Assembly: GCA_031411295.1 (NCBI GenBank)
Contig: JANOAV010000048.1
Location: 18,609-82,608 of the forward strand
Source: Verrucomicrobiales bacterium
GTDB taxonomy: Bacteria > Verrucomicrobiota > Verrucomicrobiia > Verrucomicrobiales > V1-33
Direction: 5' to 3'
Length of the DNA: 64,000 bases
Below the pieces are notes generated by a model that was given only the letters and a program-made list of their open reading frames with translations, did no database searches and had not been told where the DNA came from. A program made the translations under genes and the position numbers. Each line of letters begins with the position of its first letter. Positions within the stretch are counted from its first letter, which is position 1. This document shows, piece by piece, positions 54,156-64,000 of this stretch.

Positions 54156-56069
54156 ATGACACTCCCGAGAAATATTTATCGTAACCTGAGAGCCACCGCC
54201 CTGGCAGCGGTTGGTTTGATCCTGGCGCAGCCTTGCCAAGCCGAACCGGCAGCTGAGGAGGCAAGTTTCCTCGTGCTGCAAGCCAATGCGAAAAAGGCAT
54301 TCAAAGATGACATCACTCCCTTTATCAAAACCTACTGTGCCGAATGCCATGGGGATAAGAAAATGAAGGGCGGACTCACGTTCTCTCCTGCACTCAAGAA
54401 CCCGGGGGAGCCTTCCGCTACTGCCAAATGGAAACAGGCGTTGGCCAACGTGAGAACCCATGACATGCCACCAGATGAGGCAGACAAGCAACCGAGCGAA
54501 GCTGAGCGGCTGAAGTTTCTAGATTCGATCGGTAAGATCAAATATCTCAGCCCCAAGGAACCCGGACCATTTGTGATGCGTCGCCTGACCAAGATGGAGT
54601 ATGGCAATACCTTGCAGGATCTCTTTGGCGTCGATCCCAAACTGGCCGATGAGTTGCCTGACGAAGTATTTGGCGAAGGCTATCTCAACACGCTCTCGCC
54701 TCTCCAGTCCGAGCAATATCTCGCGATTGCCAATGAAGTGCTGCAACGAATCCTAACACCCCCCAACGTGGTCCAGCACCGCCTCTTCGGTGAACCTCCA
54801 GCACCTGGAACGGATTCCCGTGCCGCTGCGCGCAACGTCGCCCGCGCGTTGGCACGGAAATGCTATCGTCGCCCCGCTTCCGAGGTGGAATTGGATGTCC
54901 TGATGAGAGTCTTCGATCTAGCTCAGGCCAACCAACTAGACTACCCGGCGGCTCTGCGCTTAATGCTCAAAGCAATTCTCATTTCCCCGCAATTCCTCTA
55001 CATCACCCCAGCCAAGGAAGCTAACCTGGGGCAAAAAATTATTCCCCTGGATGACCATCAACTCGCCTCGCGTTTATCCTATCTGCTCTGGGCCACCCTA
55101 CCGGATGCGGAGTTATCCGCTCTGGCTGATGCCGGACAACTCCACGAACCAACCGCCCTCAAGGCTCAGGTGAAACGCCTGCTGAATGATCCCCGCTCCC
55201 GCGCCCTGTTCGATGGCTTCGGCACCCAGTGGCTGGACCTGGGAGACCTGAAGCGCAAAATCTTCGACACCGCAAAATTTCCCCAAATGACCAGCGAAAT
55301 GCGATCCGCCATGGTGGACGAAGCTCGACTGTTCTTCGACAGCATTGTCCGCGGCAATAAAAGTGTCGTGAGTTTTGTGGACAGTGACTACACGTTCTTA
55401 AATGAAACCCTAGCCAGTCTCTACGGCCTGGGCAATGACATCAAAGGCTCGGAGATGCGCCAGGTCAATCTAACCAATCCCAACCGCGGCGGCATCCTCG
55501 GCATGCCCGGAATTTTAGCCACCACCTCCTTTCCCAACCGCACCAGTGCCGTGAAACGCGGCGTCTGGGTGCTGGAACAAGTGCTGGGCGAACACGTCCC
55601 CCCGGCCCCGCCGAACGTCCCAGCCTTGGAGAAGCAGGACCAAAAGAAAGTCGCCAATCTCACCCTGCGCCAGCGCACCGAACTCCACCGCACCAACGCC
55701 GTCTGTGCCAACTGCCACAAGATCCTCGACCCCATCGGCTTCGGTCTGGAGAACTTCGATGCCATCGGCCGCTGGCGGGATCAAGACGACACCGGCGGCA
55801 CGATCGATGCAGCTGGCGAGCTTCCCGGCGGAAAGCGTTTCACCACCCCCAAGGAACTGAAAACCATCATCGCAGCCAGAAAGCCCGAACTCGCCCGCAA
55901 CCTAACCGAGAAGCTCCTCGCCTACGCCCTCTGCCGCCAACTCGAAGGCTACGACGAAATCGTGGTGGACAAACTCATGGAAACCATCGCCCGAGACGAC
56001 TACCGCATGCAGACGATCATTTCCGAGATCGTCACCAGTTATCCCTTTGTGAATCAACGGATAGAATAA
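54156..56069 (+). CDS. DUF1592/DUF1588-type PVC cytochrome-c-like protein
   Basis: [61 protein letters not shown]. Confidence 0.88.
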   Translation: MTLPRNIYRNLRATALAAVGLILAQPCQAEPAAEEASFLVLQANAKKAFKDDITPFIKTYCAECHGDKKMKGGLTFSPALKNPGEPSATAKWKQALANVRTHDMPPDEADKQPSEAERLKFLDSIGKIKYLSPKEPGPFVMRRLTKMEYGNTLQDLFGVDPKLADELPDEVFGEGYLNTLSPLQSEQYLAIANEVLQRILTPPNVVQHRLFGEPPAPGTDSRAAARNVARALARKCYRRPASEVELDVLMRVFDLAQANQLDYPAALRLMLKAILISPQFLYITPAKEANLGQKIIPLDDHQLASRLSYLLWATLPDAELSALADAGQLHEPTALKAQVKRLLNDPRSRALFDGFGTQWLDLGDLKRKIFDTAKFPQMTSEMRSAMVDEARLFFDSIVRGNKSVVSFVDSDYTFLNETLASLYGLGNDIKGSEMRQVNLTNPNRGGILGMPGILATTSFPNRTSAVKRGVWVLEQVLGEHVPPAPPNVPALEKQDQKKVANLTLRQRTELHRTNAVCANCHKILDPIGFGLENFDAIGRWRDQDDTGGTIDAAGELPGGKRFTTPKELKTIIAARKPELARNLTEKLLAYALCRQLEGYDEIVVDKLMETIARDDYRMQTIISEIVTSYPFVNQRIE

Positions 56070-56125
56070 GGGGTGCCGCTCGGAAGCGATCTCGCGTTAG
56101 GCTAGCTTCGTCCGTCTGCCTAAGA

Positions 56126-57343
56126 TTAATGCTCGATCTTGCTGAGGATGTTCTCGCTCAACTCTGTTTCCTGCCAAGGCAGGCCCCACTTGCCGATTTC
56201 CTTCATAAAAGGATCCGGATCGAGTTGCTCGATGTTCCAAACACCAGGTTTGAGCCAGGTGCCATCGGCCACGAGCTTTGCTCCCAGCATGGCGGGCACG
56301 CCGGTGGTGTAGCTCACGCCTTGGGCTCCGGTTTCTTCGTTGCACTCTTCGTGATCGCAGACGTTGTAGATGAAATAATGTTTCGTCTTGCCGTCCTTCT
56401 TGCCAGTGAAGACACAGCCGATGCTGGTCTTGCCCACGGTCTTCGCGCCCAGCGCTCCAGGGTCTGGCAGCACCGCTTTGAGAAACTGCAGCGGCACGAT
56501 TTCCCGGCCTTCATACATGATGGGCTTGATGCTGGTCATGCCGACATTCTGCAGCACGTCCAAGTGCGTGATGTAGTTCTGGGAGAAGGTCATCCAGAAA
56601 CGCATTTGCTTCACGCCGGGGATGTTCTGGCTGAGGCTTTCGAGTTCTTCATGATAGAGCAGGAACATTTTCTTCACGCCCACGCCGGGGAAATCATAGT
56701 CCGTGCTGATGGCCATGGGGGGAGTTTCGTGGAATTTCCCATCGCGATAGAAACGACCGTTGGCGGTCACTTCGCGGATGTTGATTTCCGGATTGAAGTT
56801 GGTGGCAAACGGCAGGCCGTTGCTGCCGCCATTGCAATCCACGATGTCCACGGTGTCGATTTGATCGAACTGATGTTTCAACGCATGGGCACAGTAAACG
56901 TTGGTCTGACCGGGATCGAACCCGCTGCCGAGCAGAGCCATCAGTCCCGCTTTCTCGAAACGCTCCCGGTAAGCCCACTGCCAGGAATACTCGAATTTCG
57001 CATCGTCCAGTGGTTCGTAGTTGGCAGTGTCGATGTAGTGCACGCCCGCGTCCAAACAGGCGTCCATGATGTTGAGATCCTGATAGGGGAGGGCCACGTT
57101 GATCACCAGATCGCTTTTGGTGCTGCGGATCAGCGCGGCGGTGGCCTTGCTGTCATCGGCATCGATGGCCGCCGTGTCGATGGTGCGGCCCGTGGCCTTT
57201 TTCACATCGGCGGCAATGATATCGCACTTGGATTTCGTGCGACTGGCAAGCGTCACATGGCTGAAGGATTCATGCGCCTGGGCGCACTTGTGAGCAACCA
57301 CGCGGCCAACGCCACCGGCACCAATGATAAGGACTCGTTTCAT
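56126..57343 (-). CDS. Carboxy(nor)spermidine dehydrogenase (saccharopine dehydrogenase family)
   Basis: IIGAGGVG, ALPYQDL.IMDAC, DTANYEP, GSGFDPG, FATNFNPEINIRE, HEELESL. Confidence 0.9.
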   Translation of the reverse strand: MKRVLIIGAGGVGRVVAHKCAQAHESFSHVTLASRTKSKCDIIAADVKKATGRTIDTAAIDADDSKATAALIRSTKSDLVINVALPYQDLNIMDACLDAGVHYIDTANYEPLDDAKFEYSWQWAYRERFEKAGLMALLGSGFDPGQTNVYCAHALKHQFDQIDTVDIVDCNGGSNGLPFATNFNPEINIREVTANGRFYRDGKFHETPPMAISTDYDFPGVGVKKMFLLYHEELESLSQNIPGVKQMRFWMTFSQNYITHLDVLQNVGMTSIKPIMYEGREIVPLQFLKAVLPDPGALGAKTVGKTSIGCVFTGKKDGKTKHYFIYNVCDHEECNEETGAQGVSYTTGVPAMLGAKLVADGTWLKPGVWNIEQLDPDPFMKEIGKWGLPWQETELSENILSKIEH

Positions 57344-57446
57344 GAATTAAGGGAAGGAAAATGTTGGGTTGATAACAGGGGGAAGTTTTCCTGTGTAGTA
57401 GGCACCGGGGGACGGTTTGTGCAAGAAAAGTTTCCGTCCCGGCAAT

Positions 57447-58244
57447 TTATCGGCCTGCCGCAGGCAAACGACTGACCGCCTCCCGCCGTTCCAACAACTG
57501 AGCGGTAATGCTAATGGCGATTTCCGCCGGATCATTGGAGCCGATGGGCAGGCCGACCGGGCAAATGAGATTCGCCAGCAAGACCTCAGTCAGCCCATCC
57601 TCGCGCAACTCCCGCAGGAGCACCGCCCGTTTCGAAGCACTGCCAATGACACCTAGAAACGGCAGGTGAGCGTGCCGTCGCAGCAAGTCCCGCAGCACGG
57701 GGCGGTCCGTGGAATGGCCCTTGGAGAGACACAACACGAAACTCCGTGCGGTAACGTGCTCCACGCCTTCCGCATAGTCTGCGACCAAGTGCGGGGTAAC
57801 ATTTCCGAGTTTTGGGAACCGCTCCAACCAATCGTTGCGGGTATCAATCACCTCCACGCGGCACGCCAGTTTACCTAACACCGAAACCAGCGCCTGGGCC
57901 ACATGGCCCGCTCCGAAAATGACGATGTGCCAAGCGGCCTGCGGTTGCGCGCATTCAAAGAGAAACCGCATTTCGCCCCCGCAGGTCATATCTACGTCTC
58001 GCTGCAAATTCCAGCAATGCTCCACGAGCCTGCGCTCCCCGGATTCCAACAATCGCTGGGCTTCAGCGACCGCTTTGGCCTCGATTTTGCCGCCTCCCAA
58101 GGTTCCTGCAATGAGCCCTCCGCTGGTAACGACGGCCTTGGCTCCTTTGCAGCCAGGCACACTGCCGCGCACCTCCAACACCGTGATGACCACGCAGGCG
58201 ATGCCATTCCGATACTCCTGCGCGATGATTTCCCAGACGTTCAT
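57447..58244 (-). CDS. xdhC: Xanthine dehydrogenase accessory protein
   Basis: RGSVP, GTLGGGKIE, TCGG, FGAGHV, GVIGSASK, CPVG. Confidence 0.88.
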   Translation of the reverse strand: MNVWEIIAQEYRNGIACVVITVLEVRGSVPGCKGAKAVVTSGGLIAGTLGGGKIEAKAVAEAQRLLESGERRLVEHCWNLQRDVDMTCGGEMRFLFECAQPQAAWHIVIFGAGHVAQALVSVLGKLACRVEVIDTRNDWLERFPKLGNVTPHLVADYAEGVEHVTARSFVLCLSKGHSTDRPVLRDLLRRHAHLPFLGVIGSASKRAVLLRELREDGLTEVLLANLICPVGLPIGSNDPAEIAISITAQLLERREAVSRLPAAGR

Positions 58245-58253
58245 AAAATTTAC

Positions 58254-59096
58254 CTAACGAATCACCACCGCTTCTATTTCCCCATGCGGTTCGTCCGTGG
58301 GGAGGAACACTCTGGTCTGTCCCGGCCGACCCAGTTTACTCAGATCCAAACCCAAGAAGTGGACGTTCGGCATTTTCAATTCCACTCGCTCCACGGATTG
58401 TTCTGCGTCCAAAAACGCCTCGCCAATCTCAAACAACGTCCGTTGCACGGAGGGACTGTAGCGCTCGGCAAAAACAGGATAGGCGCATTTCAAGAAGGAT
58501 TCATCGGTGGCCAGGAAATCTTCCGCCGTGGCTCCGAACCTCCACTCCGCCGTCATGCGAGTGGCTAGAATCCGATCTTTCGTTGGCGGCAGCGTGGTTA
58601 GTTCACAGACGTTGTAGCCCTCGAATCCCGAGCCCGTGGTCTTCATCACCAAATGGTTCCTCAGCCCAGCCGACAGCACGGCAGGCTTGCCCCGATGGAA
58701 TTCCCCGCGCGCGATCCATTCGCCATTTCCCTGCGCCACGAAGGAATGCGGATGCGCTTCCCCGCCCACGAACATCGGATCCCAACGTCGCTCCCGCAAC
58801 TCAACGAAGACGCCGTCCAGATGCGTATATTTCTGCAAAAAATGCTCCCCCAGCACTTTGGCGAAGCTGGTCCGGCACGGGCCCAGAAAATCGTGCGCCA
58901 GCGCATGCACCGTATTTTTCACGGTGTCTGTCGGGACGATGGAGGTGTTGTCCGCCGAAAGATACGAAGCCTCCAATTCACCCGTGAGCAAAACGTCCGC
59001 CTCCAACTCGCACACCTTATGCTTATCTTCTTCCTGCATCACGCGAAGCACTCGGACGCGATGCTTGCCGTAACGATTCTGGTAAAGTGTTGCCAT
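58254..59096 (-). CDS. pucL: Urate oxidase (uricase)
   Basis: YGK..VR, DNTSIVPTDTVKNT, KTTGSGF, TTLP..DRILAT, SPSVQ, MPNVH, PHGEI. Confidence 0.95.
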   Translation of the reverse strand: MATLYQNRYGKHRVRVLRVMQEEDKHKVCELEADVLLTGELEASYLSADNTSIVPTDTVKNTVHALAHDFLGPCRTSFAKVLGEHFLQKYTHLDGVFVELRERRWDPMFVGGEAHPHSFVAQGNGEWIARGEFHRGKPAVLSAGLRNHLVMKTTGSGFEGYNVCELTTLPPTKDRILATRMTAEWRFGATAEDFLATDESFLKCAYPVFAERYSPSVQRTLFEIGEAFLDAEQSVERVELKMPNVHFLGLDLSKLGRPGQTRVFLPTDEPHGEIEAVVIR

Positions 59097-59139
59097 TTCT
59101 AATGCTGGTGGTTCGGTAAAATCTAGACTATATAAAGCA

Positions 59140-59664
59140 ATGCTGAACCTTAGCACCATCAATGCCATGCCGGAACGTGAATTCTTGGAAACTTTCCAGG
59201 GAGTCTATGAAAGTTCCCCGTGGGTCGCGCAACAAGCATACGCTAAATTGCCCTTCAGCACCACCACAGAACTGGTGGCCGCCTTCCGCAGCACGGTCGA
59301 TCAGGCAGCAAGCGCGCAGCAACTGGACCTCATCACCGCTCACCCAGATCTGGGCGGGAAGATGGCCCAAGCCGGACAGCTGACCGCAGAGTCCACCCGA
59401 GAGCAATCCCGCTTGGGCTTGGATCGCCTGGACCCGGAGGCATTCGCCACCTTCACCCAACTCAATGCCCAATACCGTGAGCGCTTCCATTTCCCCTTCA
59501 TCATCTGCGTCGGTCTGCTGCAGCATCAATCGGAAATCATGACCGCATTTCGCTCCCGCATCGCCCACACCCAGGCCGAAGAGCACCAGGAAGCGTTACG
59601 ACAGATCCACCTGATCGCGAGACTGCGCCTAGCCAATCTCATTGCCAACATCCCCCCACCTTGA
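59140..59664 (+). CDS. uraD: OHCU decarboxylase
   Basis: YESSPWVA, AHPDLG, STREQ, NAQYRERFHFPFII, IARLRL. Confidence 0.93.
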   Translation: MLNLSTINAMPEREFLETFQGVYESSPWVAQQAYAKLPFSTTTELVAAFRSTVDQAASAQQLDLITAHPDLGGKMAQAGQLTAESTREQSRLGLDRLDPEAFATFTQLNAQYRERFHFPFIICVGLLQHQSEIMTAFRSRIAHTQAEEHQEALRQIHLIARLRLANLIANIPPP

Positions 59665-59668
59665 TCTC

Positions 59669-60277
59669 ATGACAGACCTCTATCAAGTCACCCTCCAGCT
59701 CCCCTCGTGGATCAAAACCATGGTGGACACCACCCCTGCCGAGGACTTCTCCACCTTGGAAAAGCGCATGGCCTTTGTGATCGAACTCTCCCGCCAAAAC
59801 GTGCTCCGCAAGACCGGTGGGCCATTTGCGGCCGCAGTCTTCGAGCGCGATTCCGGACGCCTGATTGCTCCCGCGGTCAACATTGTTTTGCGTGGTCATA
59901 CTTCGGTGGCCCATGCGGAAACAATGGCCTTCATGCTGGCGCAGCAACGTCTGGAAACGTTCGATCTCGGGGCCTCACACTTGCCGCCCATGGAACTCCT
60001 CGCCTCCTCCCAGCCGTGCATTCAATGTTTCGGCAACACCTGGTGGTCGGGCGTTCAAGCCCTAACCATCGGAGCGCGCGCCATTGATGTGGAAGAAATT
60101 ACGTCCTTTAAAGAAGGTCCGCTGCCGGAAAATTGGGTCAGCTTATTGGAGCATCGGCCACCTCCGCTGAAGGCCATTGCCGTCACTCGCGATCTGCTGC
60201 GTGAAGAAGCTCGCGCGGTGCTCAGCCTTTACCGGGACAGCGGCGGCTTTGTGTATAATGCCGGGTCCGACAGTTGA
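59669..60277 (+). CDS. Nucleoside/guanine deaminase (CDA-fold Zn deaminase)
   Basis: GGPFAAAVF, AHAE, PCIQC. Confidence 0.85.
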   Translation: MTDLYQVTLQLPSWIKTMVDTTPAEDFSTLEKRMAFVIELSRQNVLRKTGGPFAAAVFERDSGRLIAPAVNIVLRGHTSVAHAETMAFMLAQQRLETFDLGASHLPPMELLASSQPCIQCFGNTWWSGVQALTIGARAIDVEEITSFKEGPLPENWVSLLEHRPPPLKAIAVTRDLLREEARAVLSLYRDSGGFVYNAGSDS

Positions 60278-61365
60278 GCCTTCATCGTCATGTATCCTGG
60301 GATCAGCGTTCCCAACATGATCCGAATCCGCATGTCATGCGGAGCAAAGGCACCCTTGATGGAATTCAGCGCCAGCCTTTCCAGATCATCAATGTTTAAA
60401 TCAAAAAGCTCCGTCGCAATCGCCAACTCTTTGGACAATTCCGTATCACTCATGAGGCGGTCATCCGTGTTCAGGCTAACACGAAATCCCATTTGGAAAA
60501 ATATCGGAAACGGGTGGCTCTCCAGACTCGCACAGGCACCCGTGTGCACGTTGCTGGACAGACACATTTCCAGTGGAATCCGGTGATTCAGCACATACTT
60601 CGCCAGCGTGCCCAGTTGGAAATTTCCATCCGCATCCTGGCACACGTCATCCAGCAACCTTGTTCCATGGCCCAACCGATGCGCCCCGCACCATTGCAAC
60701 GCCTGCCAGATCGACTCCGCCCCATACGCCTCGCCCGCGTGAATCGTGATGTTGAAATTCGCCCGATGAATCGCATGAAAGGCCGCTAAATGTTTCTTCG
60801 GCGGAAATCCAGACTCACCACCCGCAAGATCAAAACCCACCACGCCCTCGTCCCGCCAGCGAATCGCCAGTTCCGCCATCACCTCCGCATCATCGCGATC
60901 CCGCATGGCGCAAATGATCAAGCCCCACGCCACCCCGAACATTTTCTCTCCGCGTCGCAAGCCAGCAATGACCGCCTGCACCACTTCATCCATCGTGAGC
61001 CCCTGCTGCGTATGAAAGACCGGAGCAAAACGCACTTCAGCATACACCACGCCATCCGCCGCCATGTCCTCCAGAAATTCATAAGCAATCCGCTCCAAGC
61101 CCTCGCGCTCCTGCATGACGCCCGTCGTGTGCGCGAACCCTTCCAGATACTCCGGTAAATTCCCCCGCTGCGCCCCCCGATGGAACCACTGCGCCAGTTC
61201 GCCAGCATCACTCGTGGGCAAACCTCTGTATCCTGAAGACCGCGCCAGATCAATCACCGTGGCTGGCCGCACACCGCCATCCAAATGCTCATGCAGTAGC
61301 ACCTTCGGCAATTTCCGAAAGTCTAACACCTTAACAAGATCCTTCCCGGTTGGCAGTTTGTGCAT
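60229..61365 (-). CDS. add: Adenosine deaminase
   Basis: LPKVLLHEHLDG, GFDLAG, TIHAGE, RLGHG, CLSSN, NTDD. Confidence 0.92.
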   Translation of the reverse strand: MHKLPTGKDLVKVLDFRKLPKVLLHEHLDGGVRPATVIDLARSSGYRGLPTSDAGELAQWFHRGAQRGNLPEYLEGFAHTTGVMQEREGLERIAYEFLEDMAADGVVYAEVRFAPVFHTQQGLTMDEVVQAVIAGLRRGEKMFGVAWGLIICAMRDRDDAEVMAELAIRWRDEGVVGFDLAGGESGFPPKKHLAAFHAIHRANFNITIHAGEAYGAESIWQALQWCGAHRLGHGTRLLDDVCQDADGNFQLGTLAKYVLNHRIPLEMCLSSNVHTGACASLESHPFPIFFQMGFRVSLNTDDRLMSDTELSKELAIATELFDLNIDDLERLALNSIKGAFAPHDMRIRIMLGTLIPGYMTMKAQLSDPALYTKPPLSR

Positions 61366-61461
61366 GACAGTAATCTAAGGCATTTTCCGTGCCTTCCAAG
61401 TCGGATCATTCGTTTTTTGCATCGATGTTTAATAGCACGGTGAATGGGACGCCCTCATTCA

Positions 61462-61563
61462 CAAGGAGTGGGGCTTTGAAAGCCCCACCATCATGATAGG
61501 AAAAGAAGTTTAACAAAGTATTACCCATCCCTGTGTGCGGGGCTTTCAAAGCCCCTCTCCTTG
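61462..61563. repeat. REPIN-like GGAG element (inverted pair of hairpins)
   Basis: CAAGGAGTGGGGCTTTGAAAGCCCCAC and GCGGGGCTTTCAAAGCCCCTCTCCTTG, 25/27 inverted match. Confidence 0.85.
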
Positions 61564-61626
61564 AGCGTGCACAAATGCGCCTTTATCCGCGTCGTAAAGC
61601 CGTCAGCCTCAGCCCTTAACCCCAAC

Positions 61627-62025
61627 TCACGGAACTAATAACTGCAACGTAGCGAACCATTTTCTGAGGTAGCCCCTATCCACAGCCGCTAGTCGATCCG
61701 CCTGTTTCAGCGCATGGGAGGCGATGATAAAATCCGGCACGAGATGCTGCCGAGGCCCGCCAGCCTTTCGGTCGCGCTTGAAAGCCTGCCCGGCAAGATA
61801 GGCCGCAGCTGGGGAAATGGGATCATAAGCAATGGAAAGCTGTTCCAGAAAGGCCGTCAGGTCCGCTTCGTTAGCGGTTGACGGGGCCAGCTCGGCAAAG
61901 GCGATGGGACAAATGATCAATGGCCCTTCGGACGCGGCCTTGAGCAGGGCTTGAAGCCACTGCTCGTAACCTGGCTCCTGCTTGATGATGGCCCAGAGGA
62001 CTGATGAATCGAGAGCTGTTATCAT
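61627..62025 (-). CDS. vapC: VapC-family PIN toxin
   Basis: ALDSSVL, AFAEL, VPDFIIASHA, DRGY. Confidence 0.88.
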   Translation of the reverse strand: MITALDSSVLWAIIKQEPGYEQWLQALLKAASEGPLIICPIAFAELAPSTANEADLTAFLEQLSIAYDPISPAAAYLAGQAFKRDRKAGGPRQHLVPDFIIASHALKQADRLAAVDRGYLRKWFATLQLLVP

Positions 62026-62042
62026 AGCCGTGAGACCTCAGT

Positions 62043-62309
62043 TTAGTGTTCCGCCGGCCCACCGCGGAGATCGTCAACGATAGCAGCAGCAGATTTTCCC
62101 TCCCAAGGATGACCTTTCAACGACTGAGCGGCGGAGTTTTGCCAAGCGGACAACGTTTGCTCCCATTGACCACGGTTCACTGCCCGGCGGGCAGTGAGCA
62201 CAGGCGAGGTTTCATCGAACTCCAGCTCGTCCCCGGCTTTCAGATTGAGTCGCTGGCGGATCGACAAAGGGATCGTGATTTGTCCTTTGGACGTGAGGGT
62301 GGTTCTCAT
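62043..62309 (-). CDS. AbrB-family antitoxin
   Basis: MRTTLTSKGQITIPLSIRQRLNLKAGDEL; ATG at 62309. Confidence 0.88.
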   Translation of the reverse strand: MRTTLTSKGQITIPLSIRQRLNLKAGDELEFDETSPVLTARRAVNRGQWEQTLSAWQNSAAQSLKGHPWEGKSAAAIVDDLRGGPAEH

Positions 62310-62495
62310 GCCGTAAAAAGTAATTGAAAAAGTTAGGATTGTCAAATTTGAAGCTGCGCGGGCGATCCGCACCGTGATGCTGTCAGCCCGAAGTCCCTGG
62401 CTGCCATCAAGTATGCCTCCTCGAAATTTACTCATTTTGCTCACCCCAGATTCCAAATTTGCGCGTAGATTGTGGCCACCTTTCGTCATCATCCC

Positions 62496-62828
62496 ATGCA
62501 CCCCAAACTCTCCACCCACGTTCTGGATACTGCCAGTGGCCTTCCGGCAGCCAACGTTCGCGTGCAACTGTTCCACGGAGAGAACCTCCTGATGGACACG
62601 ACAACGAATGCCCAAGGCCGCTGTGATCAGCCTTTGCTCGAAGGTCCGGAAATGATGCCAGGCAGCTATCGGCTTTGTTTTCACGTTGGAGCCTATTTCC
62701 GGTTACGGGAAATAGCATCGCCCTTTCTTGATGTCGTCCCGGTCGATTTCAACATCGAAGCCGGGCATTCTTATCACATTCCGCTGGTCTGCTCGCCTTG
62801 GGCCTACAGCACTTATCGGGGCAGTTGA
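62496..62828 (+). CDS. uraH: 5-hydroxyisourate hydrolase
   Basis: LSTHVLDT..G.PA, YHIPL, terminal YRGS. Confidence 0.96.
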   Translation: MHPKLSTHVLDTASGLPAANVRVQLFHGENLLMDTTTNAQGRCDQPLLEGPEMMPGSYRLCFHVGAYFRLREIASPFLDVVPVDFNIEAGHSYHIPLVCSPWAYSTYRGS

Positions 62829-62834
62829 AATTTT

Positions 62835-64000
62835 ATGTCCGTCGCAAAATCCATCGCTCGCCTTGAGGCCCTGGGGAAGATTTCCGACGCTCCAGATCAC
62901 TTGGTGCGGACATTTCTTTCGCCCGCCAACCGCCAGGCGGCGGAATTGATCCTGACGTGGATGGCAGAGCTGGGAATGGAAACTTGTCACACGGTAGACG
63001 GCACCATTCGCGGCATCCTTCCAGGATCAAATCCCAGCGCATCGCCACTACTGCTGGGCTCCCACTACGATACCGTGATTGATGCAGGAAAATATGACGG
63101 ACCACTTGGCATTGTTTCTGCGATAGCCGCCTTGGAAATGCTTCAACAACAAAACATCGCGCTCCCCTTTCCCGTCCACGTCCTCGGATTCTCGGATGAA
63201 GAAGGCGTGCGATTTCAAACGACCTATCTCGGCTCACGTTCCGTAGTCGGACCGCTGGATGCAGCCACGCTGGCTGCTAAAGACGCCCATGGGAAAACCA
63301 TCGCCAACTCCATGGAGACCGAAGGCTGGCTCGAAAATGCCAGCACCATTTACTACCCGGCGGGCAGCACGCGCGGCTATGTGGAGCTGCACATCGAGCA
63401 GGGCCGCGTGCTGGAGGAACTCAACCAGCCCGCCGCCGCCGTCTCGTCCATCGCAGGCCAGACAAGGCTTGCAATCACCCTGACCGGTCATGCGGATCAC
63501 GCAGGCACCACGCCCATGCCGCTGCGTCGCGACGCTCTCACGGGAGCCGCCGAATGCATCCTCAGCGCGGAATCTCTCGCCCGCAGCCAGGAGTCTGCCG
63601 TCATTACCGTCGGCAAAATTTCCGTCCATCCGGGAGCCTCCAACTCCATTCCGCAGCGCGCTGATTTCACGGTCGATCTACGCCATCCTGAGGATGAGCA
63701 ACGCCACGCCCTGATGATCGAACTCGAGGAAAATTTCCTCCGCATCGCCCTCCAGCGCCATCTGAAACTCGACTGGCGCATCGTGCAGGAATCCCCTGCC
63801 ACCCCATGCGATCCAAGGCTCACGGCCATACTCCAGTCAGCTACTGGGTTTGAACAAACGCTCGTCAGCGGTGCCGGTCACGATGGCGTTGCCCTCGCCT
63901 CTGCCATGCCCATTGCCATGCTCTTCATCCGCTGCCGCGACGGCCTTTCGCACCACCCGGACGAATACGCCTCCCCACAGGACCTCGCCACGGGCATCGA
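62835..64000 (+). CDS. Allantoate amidohydrolase (M20 family), 3' truncated by window edge
   Basis: Hand translation from ATG 62835: MSVAKSIARLEALGKIS..GSHYDTV..GKYDG.LG..DEEGVRF..ELHIEQG..HAGTTPM..SGAGHD. Absent from the ORF track because no stop lies in the window. Confidence 0.92.
   Translation, partial: MSVAKSIARLEALGKISDAPDHLVRTFLSPANRQAAELILTWMAELGMETCHTVDGTIRGILPGSNPSASPLLLGSHYDTVIDAGKYDGPLGIVSAIAALEMLQQQNIALPFPVHVLGFSDEEGVRFQTTYLGSRSVVGPLDAATLAAKDAHGKTIANSMETEGWLENASTIYYPAGSTRGYVELHIEQGRVLEELNQPAAAVSSIAGQTRLAITLTGHADHAGTTPMPLRRDALTGAAECILSAESLARSQESAVITVGKISVHPGASNSIPQRADFTVDLRHPEDEQRHALMIELEENFLRIALQRHLKLDWRIVQESPATPCDPRLTAILQSATGFEQTLVSGAGHDGVALASAMPIAMLFIRCRDGLSHHPDEYASPQDLATGI

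Noticed and set aside
56129..57475. 448-aa plus-strand ORF
   Set aside because: Antisense shadow of the strongly codon-biased carboxyspermidine dehydrogenase gene; no motifs. The same applies to 27533..28429 opposite ruvB.

Overview
Bacterial chromosomal window, most consistent with a Verrucomicrobia (PVC superphylum) genome. Evidence: PEP-CTERM, Minf_1886/TIGR04138-type, DUF1592, DUF1080 and lamin-tail/CotH proteins. It carries housekeeping genes (hprK, ptsH, ruvB, riboflavin synthase, proC, ccsA-hemA-hemC, guaA, and a 34-aa bS22/mS38-like basic protein missed by the ORF track). It also has a xylan-degradation locus (MarR, esterase, esterase-GH10 fusion, sugar ABC transporter), a glycogen debranching enzyme and a purine-catabolism cluster running off the right edge. 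No integrase, transposase, tRNA, rRNA or CRISPR array was seen. The most unusual signals are: (1) an integrase-free accretion array at the 3' end of a Zn-dehydrogenase gene, where each cargo cassette is followed by an orphan copy of the gene's 3' end that differs mainly at synonymous sites; (2) a GxxExxY nuclease-like gene bracketed by two copies of a long hairpin element; (3) two 103-bp palindromic REPIN-like elements translated in frame inside the debranching enzyme; (4) a polyvalent-protein kinase gene with a 220-nt overlapping ORF, flanked by direct hairpin repeats; (5) a single in-frame TAG splitting a 2167-codon CotH/lamin-tail gene. All family calls come from motif recognition by eye; no searches were run.
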